Part shown: positions 48,740 to 59,192 of the stretch, piece by piece | How the letters are laid out: each line of letters starts with the position of its first letter | How positions within the stretch are numbered: the first letter of the stretch is position 1 | NCBI RefSeq assembly: GCF_000372725.1 | Contig: NW_005201392.1 | Coordinates: forward strand, 413,660-477,659 | Reading direction: 5' to 3' | Length of the DNA stretch: 64,000 nucleotides | DNA from: Emiliania huxleyi CCMP1516 | Taxonomy: Eukaryota | Program-made: the position numbers and the translations under genes | The notes under the pieces: model-generated | The model's database searches: none | What the model saw: only the letters and a program-made list of their open reading frames with translations | Told to the model about the DNA's origin: nothing

Positions 48740-49313
48740 GGCGTGGTCTCTACTCGACAGCGTGTACGTGGGCGAGATCAAGGAGGGCGCCAGCGAGGGC
48801 TACGGCTGGAAGCGCTGGGTCGTGAACAGCGACGGGTCCTTCCACGCCAAGGGCAGCGTGTACGAGGGCAAGTGGAAGGAGGGCAAGAAGTGGGGCTACG
48901 GCACGGCGCGCTACGCCAGCGGCAACGTGTACGAGGGCGAGTGGAAGGCGAACGAGAAGGAGGGCAAGGGCAAGATGTGGTACGCCAACGGCAACGTGTA
49001 CGAGGGCGATTTCAAGGCGGACAGGAAGGAGGGCAAGGGCAAGATGTGGTACGCCAGCGGCAACGTGTACGTGGGCGATTTCAAGGCGGACGTCAGGGCG
49101 GGGAAGGGCAGGTTGCGCTACAAAAGCGGCAAGGTGCAAGTGGGCCGCTACGAGGGCGACAAACTGGTGGGCTCGGCGGCGAAGTGGAGCAAGGACCGCC
49201 GGAAGGCGTGGAGCGTGCAGGCTAAGCGGGGCGGCGGCTTTCAAGAGAAGCAGATCTCGCTCCAGACCGCGGCGGAGAAGGCCGCACGCCTCGGCCTGCC
49301 GGTGCCGCGGTAG
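48740..49313 (+). CDS. MORN-repeat protein (start codon not identified; partial or interrupted)
   Basis: Repeated YEGEWKxxxKEGKGKMWYANGNVY 23-aa units; stop at 49311-49313. Confidence 0.85.
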
Positions 49314-49593
49314 TGGGGATGCCGCCGCGTCGGCAGCGGCAGCGTGCGGTGTGGTGAAGGAGTAAGGGGTAGATACTATACAGGGAGGAACAAAGGGGGG
49401 AGTAAGAACGGTGCGGTGTGGTCTGTGGTGTTGAGACGCGATGCAATGTTGGGCATCATGGCTTGTTGCACCCATGGCCCGCTAAGGATTGTTCACTTTC
49501 GTGTGTCGCATTTGACGACCGATGGACAATTGCATGCGACGGACGTGGCAGACGATGGACCCTTGGTGGTCTGCTCTTCTCGACCGGCAATGA

Positions 49594-51160
49594 ATGGTTT
49601 GGCTTTCTCGACCAACTCGATCGACTATCGGTCGGACCAGTCGTCTGTCAAGTCATCCGGATGCGATTGTCCATGCGATTGACTTCGACTTCGTCTCTTT
49701 CCTCTTCTGCAGTTTCTTGTCTGTTCAGCCACGTTTCGGCTTTGCCAGTGCGCCACTGCTCCCAACACTGATGTCCTCATGGCGCGTTCTGGGCGCAAAC
49801 AGTCCGAGCGCCGCCACTCGGATTGATGAAGTCGAGGCAACCGAGGGCACCGATGGACAGACTGCTGACGTCGAGGCCACCCTTGAGGTCGAGGCAACCT
49901 TGGTGGTCTCCGACGATGGAGTCACTTTCGGCGTCGAGCCCATCGATGGAGTCGAGGACATGATTTGCCACGTTGCGAATCGAATCGTGTCACTAGAAGC
50001 GGTGGGTCTGGACGTCCAGACACAGACAGCGGACTGCTCTAGCAGTGACCCCGTCTACTCGTCTTGGGAACCCTACCCTGAGGCTTACAGCCCAGGACCA
50101 GCTTCCGACGACGAGGAGGCGCTGCCGACCCTGGAGCCTGTTGAGCTACCGCTCACACCCATCGGGTGAACCACCCAGCCTGGTACGGACTGGCCACCCT
50201 GCCTTTTGGGAGCCTGCCTTTGCCCGATGGCCTGCTCGCAGACCAGATTGCTACCTACCGAAGGCTGCCCATAGAGGAGCCCGAGATCGAGACGGTCATG
50301 GAAGACTCTTCCAGACTTACCTCTACCATTCGAGCCTTCTCCATCATTTGGCTGGTCTGGCTGACGGGCATTCGATGGCAAGTACTGCTGCTCCTCTTAC
50401 CAACTGCAACATGCTGGCTGCTGCATATCAACGAGGGGGCTGAGGTTTTGACCGCTGCTCCTGAGGGATCCCAGGTCACGTTTGGCTCTATCCTTTGGCC
50501 CCTCTCCTTCGTTTACCTTGCAAGATCTGCTGCCGTTTCTTGCTGGAGCAGCATTCTTCATGCTACCGAGCGTCGAGGGGGCACGAACGCGGCGCAGCGC
50601 CCGGTTTGGCTTAACGGCTGAAGAGCGCACCGCCATCAACATCCTCGACGCCGTCCCCGTCGTCGTGTGGATCGTGCTGTCCTTCGCCTACAGACTTCGC
50701 CGCCAAGCTGCTCTTGCCCTCCGAAAGCGAGCGCTGTCTTGCTTCCGAAGACACTTGGCACAATCGAAGCTGCTTGCCGATGCTCGAGCAATCATCGCAA
50801 CTCGAGCTTTGCTATCGCACCCTCCTCGTGCTCTTCCGCTTGAGGTTGCTTGTGACGCAGTGGTCTCCTCCCAAGCTCTGGATGCGAGAGAACCTCGCCC
50901 GGCCGCCCGTGCACGACATCGACGTGCCGTACCAGCGAGTCGACGACTTGCAGTCAATTGCGCTTTGCCTAGCCTCAGCACAGGCGCCGTCGTCCAAGCT
51001 GACCCGCCTCGTCAACCGGACGATGGTGGAGGGAGGAGCGCCTTACCGAAACTGCGTCGGTCTGCCTCACTACCCGCCCGACTCATTTGACAACGATCTC
51101 ACCTACCCAATCAAAGGGCACTACGAGCGTGTCAACGGGACGCTCTGGAAAAAGATGTAA
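49594..51160 (+). pseudogene. Degenerate chain of overlapping ORF fragments, possibly TE-derived
   Basis: Four successive plus-strand ORFs in shifting frames, lower GC, no satellite introns, no recognised domain. Confidence 0.3.
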
Positions 51161-51750
51161 TCTCTTTCCGCTGCATTAATTGCTGTACCTTTGGCATCCA
51201 GATTCCCAGCCGCTCGATTTCGTTGTACCCCTGTCCAACGATAGGGATTTCATTCTATCGACTTCGAGCCGTTCTTAAATTTTGGGTCTTTAGCAGTGCC
51301 ACAAGAGACAAGGGTTGGGCGTGCTCCTCACTCCCTTCGTTGCGTTCCTTTGGCAAGGGCGCTTCATGTACCATGCCGAGGTTTGCTCCGCCTCCGAGGA
51401 GCCCACAGAGCCCGTATAACAACTATAATGCGAACAATGCATCTCTCCATCGTTTGCACTATGACCTGTCGCTTCCCCGAGTATCGGACGGGCACCTCAG
51501 GCCAATGCACGAGGGGGTCTGTCAATGGAAACCACTTCACAGCTATGCCTTGCTTCTTTAGGTGCCCTTTGTATATCTGACTCTTCCGCATGAGCACCAG
51601 AGAGAAGGCAAAAGGCAACATAAGGCAGGATCTCTCTGGATGGGGGAACAACGAAGGGGGAACAACCCACACCACACAAGACGCCAAAGCCCAAAAGAAT
51701 AACAACATACACCGACAGGTTTTCACACCACATACTGGTTGCCCCTTCCT

Positions 51751-54280
51751 ATGTCTCACTGCTTTGTCTCCATCGAGGCCCGATCGACATCCTCACCGCC
51801 CGAGCTCTTCGAGCTGGCCTGGCGGCAGTGGGGCGCCTCTGCGCGAGCGTTCCAATCGAGCCCGTACGAGAACCGCGAGGAGATCCGCGCCGCGGCCAAG
51901 GTCTTCGAGAGCCTCAGCGCGGCTCCGGCACTGCTGAGCGACAAGGCGGTGTCGCGACTGGCGCTCGCTCGCTCCACCATCGAAGCGATGCTGCCGCTGT
52001 GCGAGGAGCCCGCCGCAGCCTCCGTCGCAGAGGAGCCACTCTGCAACGCCGTGCAGTCGCTCTTCCGCACCGCGAGCGGCGAGGGCATCGGCGTCGGGCC
52101 GCCCTCTGCGCAACGCACGGCGGAGCGGGCGCCGGGCGGAGGACGGCGCAGCAAGAACTCGCCCGGAGGCCGCTGCTTGTGCCTCAGCAGCGGCTTTGGC
52201 GAGTTCAAGAGCCAGCAGTGCACCTACCTGCCGCTCCGCACGCGCAACGGCACCAGCCACGCCTGCCGCATGGACCGGCTGAGGGAGGGCGAGTCGCTGC
52301 TGGGGACGCTGGAGCAGTTCTGCCGCGCGTACTACCACGCAAACCAGTGGGAGGCGCAGGTGTACCTCTGCCTCAAGTGCGGCCCGGACGCGACTGGCTC
52401 GCGGCTCGTCCTGCCCGAGGGCGTGGAGGTCGGCGGCATGAGCGGCGGCGCCGAGGGCAACGGCGCCGAAAGCGGCGGCGAGGGCGGCGGCGAGGGCGGC
52501 GGCGAGGGCGGCAGCGGCGAGGGCGGCGGCGGTGAGGGCGGCATCGCGACGGCCCCCGACGGCGACATCTGCGGCAAGGTGCAGGTGGTGGCGGTGGTGC
52601 GGCTGCTCGGCCACGACGGCAGCGAGTGGATCTGCCGATATGCAAACTGCTTCCGCGGCTCGCCTCGCTAGATGCCGATCCCTCGACACCCGACCTCATA
52701 GCCGACCTCACAGCCCCGTGCTCAGCTGTCTGGAGGCGCTTGAGTCTCACTGGGTTCGCCGCGCAGGGTCGTCCGAGGCCAACGTGCACGCCGAGAGCTT
52801 CGTCATCGCAGACGAGACCATCCTGTCGGCGGTGCGCGCGGGCGAGGTTGCCGAGCTGACGCTCTACCTCTCGTATCAGCCCTGCCACCACTCCGGCGGC
52901 CGCTTCGGTGGAGGCGAGGCGCGCCAGCGGCGGCGCGCGCACCGGCAGCACCCCACCTCGTGCACCGAGGCGCCGATCGCCACGACGAGGGAGGTTCCCT
53001 CCTCGCCTCCCCCGAGCCGCCTCGGAGACTTCTCTAGGCGCTGATCGCCTACCACGAGCGCGAGCTCGCGCCGTACAACGTGCCGCTCTCGGTTGTGGTC
53101 GCCGACTTGTACAAGGTCATGTGGACCGAGGAGCTGATGGGCGCGCGCCGCCGGCCCGTAGCTTCCTGCCCAGCCAGAGGGCGCGCCTCCCTCACCGCGC
53201 GTGGGTCGAGGCGCCGTAGGCGAGGGGCAGGTGCGAGACGTGTACGCGGCCGACGCGAGCGCGGGCCGGGAGGGGATCCGGCGGCTGATGTCGCAGCCGG
53301 GGATGTCGATGCGTGCCACGGGCGAGGAGGACTGGGCCTTCCTGATCGGCCTGTGCGACCAGTCGGTGCAGGAGGAGTACGAGCGACGCGGCGAGGCTGG
53401 CTCGGCCTTCGGCCCCACCCACGTCGCCCTGCGGTGCGGGGCACCGCCTCCTCCGCCCGCGCCGCCCGCGCCCTCCCCACCCCCTCGCTCGTCTCGCAGG
53501 GCGAAGCTCGACGCGGTCATTGCTGACTTCCTTGCGGCGCAGCATGCTGAGATGGCCGCGGCGGCGGAGGCGGCGGAGGCGGCGGAGGAGGCCGAGGAGG
53601 CCGAGGCGGTGGAGGCGGCCGAGGCGGCGGAAACGGCGCCCGCGCCGGCGGGGCCCGCCACCGAGGGTTCGGCGGAGGCGGCGGCCGCCCAGCGCCTCCC
53701 GGACAACAAGAAGAAGGTGTACGGTCGCGACTTTCTCCTCTCCTGCGCGCCGCAGCCCGCCGCGGCGCCCTCGGAGGAGGAGTGCGCCCCTCCGGCGGCC
53801 GTCGACGAGACCACCAACTTGCCGCTTTCGCCCGAGGTGTCCCGTGACGAGACGACGAACTTGGAGGCCGACGCTGCCGCGCTGAACGGGGCGAGCGGTC
53901 CGGACGGGACCGTGTCCCCCGAGCCCGCGCCGCGTGACAGCGCCGAACAACTCGCCGACGCGCGGCTCGACTCGCTGCCTCCGCCGCTGCCTCCGCCGCT
54001 GCCTCCGCCGCTGCCGCCGCCGCTGCCTCCGCCGCTCCCGCCGCCGCCGCCGCCGTCGTCGCTGAAAGAGGAGCCGGCGGACCTCGACGATGCGGGAGCG
54101 CCAGCTGAAGCGGAGCCTCACGCTGGAGAGGAGCCTACGGCACGTCTGAGCCTGGCGGAGCTCGAGGCTATCCAGGGCGAGGCCTTGGCGGACGATATCA
54201 CAATCGAGAGCAAGATGTGCGCTTGGACGGCGGAGCAGGCGATGCGCTACTTCGAGTCGGGAGGCACCGAGGAGCCTTAG
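51751..54280 (+). CDS. AID/APOBEC-like zinc-dependent deaminase with a C-terminal low-complexity tail (5 inferred exons)
   Basis: FCRAYYH; YANCFRG|SSEANVHAESFV (HAE 52787-52795); LTLYLSYQPC (C 52883) .. SC (C 52961); VVVADLYKVMW; REGIRRLM...MRATGEEDW. Inferred introns ~52658-52766, 52970-53037, ~53141-53219, ~53434-53499. Confidence 0.82.
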
Positions 54281-55500
54281 TGAGGTGCCGCCGGCGAGCG
54301 GGGGAAGGCGGAGGACTCCGCATCCTCAGAGACCACACCACACCACCGTGCCTTCAACCACATGGTCGCACGCCCCCGCGCCCCGAACGAGGGGGGTGCT
54401 GGCCTGCTCTCAGCCACCATGCCGCACGCGCGTCGAGCAGCAGCTCTGGAAAACAACGATTTCAACGTCAGACCAGGTTTTTTGTTGGGTGTGGGTGGGT
54501 GGGGGGGGGGGGGGGGGCACTTCAGTTGAGTACTTGAGCACTGGATAGGGTCGAAGTCACCGGTCAGGGGCTTCAGGGCGCGGGGCGCTCCCGCAGGCCC
54601 TGGCGCCTGGGTCTCTCTCTGATGACTGACACCAGTCACCACGTGACACGTGTGCGCTGTGCGCGGTGTGGCCAACAAAGGTCAAAGCTCAAAACTTTAG
54701 GGAGCAAAACGGCGGACTGGCCATCCACATTGGGGCTTTTGGCATGTTGCGTGACTGTCTCTGTGCGATTTCGGGCCCGGGGTTGTGCGTTTATCTGAAG
54801 TATCTGAAGAGGAGCGACCACAAGGGATCCTGGTCATCACACGCATGCCCCTCCGTTGCGGGATCGCCATCAGTGAATACATGTAATTTTTACTTCTACC
54901 CCAGTACCCGTGACGAAAAACGAACAAGCACCAAGCGCTAAGCGTGAGGACACGATTGCGAATTCGGAGGTGCACCTAAGCAAAATTGAGCCCACTCAGG
55001 TGTGAATATAAGGGTCGAACAGGTTTCGAGCCGGGGACCTCTCGCCTGGCGAGAAGGCTCCCAGCAAGAAAAGCTGAGATTGTGAAGGAGGGCCCCAGGA
55101 GTTCGAAACCTATATAGCATACCGAGGGAATTAGACACCACAGATACGCACACACCGACGCCCGAAGTGCCAAGAAGGACGTCATTAGTACGAAACCTCA
55201 GAAGGCCATGGGCGCCGAGAGAACAAAAAAGAAAAAAGAAGAAAGTCGACGCACCCCCTCCTTGCGCAGTGTCCCTCGCTAAGTGTCGCCGTTATCGGGG
55301 CACGCTATCCTGTGCAGTCAGGGCATGAGGGCAAGCGGGGGCGGGACGCAGTCCCATCTCTCCTGTGTACGGGTGGGTTCTGTCTCCAGTCTCGGAGGGG
55401 GGCAAGAAGGTAAGAATATCTATTTTTTTGGTAATTTTTACTTCTGTCAAGGAACTCATGAGCGCATTGCACTAATGTTTTGCCACGCGTCGATCCAGGT

Positions 55501-55595
55501 CCCCACCCGTCCCCACCCGTCCCCACCCATCCCCACCCATCCCCACCCATCCCCACCCATCCCCACCCATCCCCACCCATCCCCACCCATCCCCA
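55501..55595. repeat. (CCCCACCCAT)n satellite
   Basis: About 9 copies of the 10-mer. Confidence 0.95.
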
Positions 55596-55707
55596 GCTCG
55601 CTCTATCACACACCCCAAGAGAGCCCTTGGGGAAATCCGTTCGCCATACGCTCCGAGCATGCGTGTGATGAGGAAGATGATAGAGAGGGCGAGCTTTGCA
55701 TAAAAGA

Positions 55708-56801
55708 AGGGCGCGTGGGTCTAAATTTAGTGCGGTGTGAAGTGTTTATCTACTGCATCTTTAGCGCACTTTAGCGCAAATTCAGCGCAAATTTAGCGCA
55801 ACTTTAGCGCAAATTTAGCGCAAATTTAGCGCAAATTTAGCGCGAGTTCACTGCGACTTTACATCCAGATTTAGCGAGGTTTAGTGCGTCTTTAGTCCAG
55901 CCGCGCAGTAGGATCCAGCCGCAGACCCTCGCTGGGCCTCCCTTCCCCTCTCCCCCTGCAGTTCCCTGCCCACTCGCAAAAGTTCCCCGTCCCATCCCCA
56001 ACCAACCGAACGAAGGTTCTTCAGCTGAATATCAGCCTCCAAGGTGCTTTCCGGGCTGCTTCTCCGGGCCCGAGCGGCAAAACGTTGCCGGAAGCGGGGC
56101 GTGAACATAACGACTTTACTGCGTGACTTACAATCTACATGGATCATTGCCATTTGGCCGTTTCTTTCTGTCATCGTGGTCTGGATCCTTCATCCTTTGG
56201 TTCAACATTGGTTTTGAAATTCCAAGACCGACCCTCACCTCTACTCTATTACAGCTGGTGGTCACGGGCACAGCATGGGTTGTGCGGTCGGAGGTGGTGC
56301 TTGCGGTGGCCCATTCAACTGTGCTGGTCCTCCTCTCGGGAATCGGTGCTGTGCCTGTGCTCAGTCGGGAGATCTTGCTCTGGAGGGCTGCATATCTAGC
56401 CTCACTGGGAGCCTGCCTTTGGGTCATGAGGGCAGGGGCCAGGCATCTCTCGTTGTGGTGCATTCTTGGCAGCCAAGGAGCAAAGCACGCGGCCCTGGCT
56501 AGCTGTGGTGTGGCTGGGAAGCCGTGCTAAAGATGCGTGCCCGCACTAAAGATGCGGGACCCACACTAAATGTACTGCAGCTGCCCGCACCTAAAGTGAA
56601 CTAAATGTGGCGCTAAATTGGAGATAAAACACACTAAATATGTGCTAAATATGTGCTAAATATGTGCTAAATATGTGCTAAATATGTGCTAAATATGTGC
56701 TAAATTTGCGCTAAATTTGCGCTAAATTTGCGTTCATAAATAGCGCACTAAACTATCACTTAAGTTCATTCACACGCACTAAATTTAGACCCAAGCGCCC
56801 T
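55708..56801. mobile_element. Non-autonomous TIR element with subterminal 11-bp repeats
   Basis: TIR AGGGCGC(G/T)TGGGTCTAAATTTAGTGCG; (TTTAGCGCAAA)n on the left, (TGTGCTAAATA)n/(TTTGCGCTAAA)n on the right; no TSD seen. Confidence 0.8.
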
Positions 56802-56905
56802 CCCTCACGCCATGGCCTCGGCCTCGAGTCGCAGCTTGCCCAGAGCTTGCCGCCGCCGTGGTGGGCAGGATGCCGGCCGGCCGCTCCCGCTGTCGGGCGC
56901 ATCCG

Positions 56906-58226
56906 CGGTTACTGGACCGTCACGTGTTCAACGACGTTGAACAGTGTTCAACCACGGCGCTGTTCACAGCGCGCGCGGACGGCCGTTCTGCGAGTCCAGC
57001 TCCGCTGGACTTTTGTAAAGCATGCTTGTGGCAAGTTATAGACGCTAGTATCGACCTCAGAGACCCAAACCCGAATTAATAATTAAGGCTCAAAGTATGG
57101 TTGAACAACCGTTGAACAAACAGGTTGAACAACGATATCCGACTAGTGCGACCGCTAGACGGCGGTCTCCGCCGGCCCCAAGGCTGCCCAGCCCCAGTAC
57201 CACACCGGCCACGTAGACCGTGGCGCTGGAGTCGGTCAGTGAGGCACTAGACGGGCTACGGAACCATGCGCGCGCCGGCCGGATAGGCTGCGCGCAGGGG
57301 CCGCGCCGCCTCGATTTCGCATCTCCGCTCCGCGGCCGACTGAGGGGCCAGCTCGCCCGGCGACAAGCCCAGCCATCGCCCAGCGCCCCGTATCGACGGA
57401 GGGCACGCAAAAAACCCGCACCTACGACTAGGGTGAGCCCGTGAGGGCGTCGGTGTCGGCCGCGGGCGGGCTGCCAGGAGGGCGCGGGTGGGAGCATGGG
57501 AGATGCTCCACCGCTCGACGAAGACGCGCCCGACGAAGCCCTGCTAGCGGAAGATGGTCGATCCTCACCTACTAGCGTCGGGCGTGTGCGAAAAAGAGCG
57601 CAAATCGGAGCTCAACTCGCGCGCGGCTGGGAAAGGGGTGTGGCACCCCTCCGAAGGCGCCTCGCGAGGAGCTGCTGCTGCCTCCAAACGCGCTCGGGCA
57701 GCACGTCGGCGCGCCTGCGGGGTTGGGGAGGTGAAACTATGCTTGCTGGCACGCGCATCCCGCACCACCCCCACGTCCGCGCGCACCATGCCGCCATCCC
57801 ACCTCACAGCCAAGCGCCATCGCTGTCGGACGCGGCGACGCCGAGCGGTGGCCTCGCAGACGACGAGCGCGATGAGGCCGCCGCGCCGCCGGGGTGGCCG
57901 GCGCGTGCCAGCCGCTGGCCCGTCCAGCGTGGCGGGACCGGCTCGCCCATCCTGGCCCGCGCGCTTGCCGACGCGAGAAGATCGCGCGGGAGGGCAAATC
58001 TTGGGCAAAATGCCCTGTTTGCCAATCCTTCACGGCGGCTTCACGTCGGAACGAGTCGGATCGACGACTCCCCGCCTGCACCAGCGTGTGCGCCTTGCAA
58101 TTCTATACAGAATCGACACGTGGTACGTCTTCTCAATCGCTCGTGGAGAGGAGCTACGGCCATTCCTAAGTAGTGTTCAACGACCTTGAACAATGTTCAA
58201 CGTCGTTGAACACGGTCCAGTAACCG
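56906..58226. mobile_element. TIR element, 1.3 kb, with a 4-bp TSD TCCG
   Basis: TIR CGGTTACTGGACCGT..GTTCAACGACGTTGAACA; TCCG at 56902-56905 and 58227-58230. Confidence 0.75.
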
Positions 58227-59092
58227 TCCGGCGAGACTCGCCTCGCCCCCGGCGCGCCGGCGAGCTGCGAGGGCACCATCCCAACGGCTGCCGTCCCTCG
58301 GCTGGCGGCGTGAGAGGCCTCGGAGGGCTCACCGAGGGCCGGCGCACGCGATGCAGGCACTACCAAGGTCCTGGCGACCGTCCGCGACCATCTCATCGTA
58401 TGATTTGACTGCCAGTCGACGTTTGACGCCCAGAACTCGACGAGACCGCCACACCAACACTAACTGCGCTTCGGCGCCCGATCTCGATTCTTGCCTGCTC
58501 AGTGCCGCGATGAATCGTCGCCCTCATCGTCCGGGGTCTTCCTTTCATCCTCGGGCTGGCTTTTTGAGACCCTCGCGTTTGCCCATCTCGGTCGTTTACG
58601 ACGCGTCACGCCTTCCCTCGTGCCGCAAGTAGGCGTGTGAGTGATGGTCCTGCCACCAGGTACACGGCTACACCTCGGGACGCCGTGCTGAGACGGAAAG
58701 AGCCGCCCCACGGGAGCGAAAGCCGCCTCGCGCGCCTCAGCCCGCCGGGCCCCTCGGCGGCAAGTGTGGGGTTGATACGGCGGTGATACACCCCCCTGAC
58801 AGCAGCGCCTCACGGCGTGGGCTGCGAGGTCACTCGGGGTGACCCAGGGGGCGGCGGGGGAGCAATCTCCCGCCGGAGCAGCGGGTGATATTCCCGCTAC
58901 TCGCTCGAGTTTGAGGTGCGCCGCGCCTCGCCTGTGCTGCCTTCCCAGCTGCCCCAGCCGCCCTCACCGTCCTCATCCCCTCCCCCACCCCCTCCCCCTC
59001 AGGCTAGGCCCTCGCCACCGCCGCTGCCGCCGTCTCCGCCACAGCCGCCGCCGCTTCCCTCCCCCCCACCCCCTCGACGCCGTCGCCTGGTA

Positions 59093-59192
59093 NNNNNNNN
59101 NNNNNNNNNNNNNNNNNNNNNNNNNNNNNNNNNNNNNNNNNNNNNNNNNNNNNNNNNNNNNNNNNNNNNNNNNNNNNNNNNNNNNNNNNNNN
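59093..59192. other. Assembly gap (100 N)
   Basis: Run of n characters. Confidence 1.
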
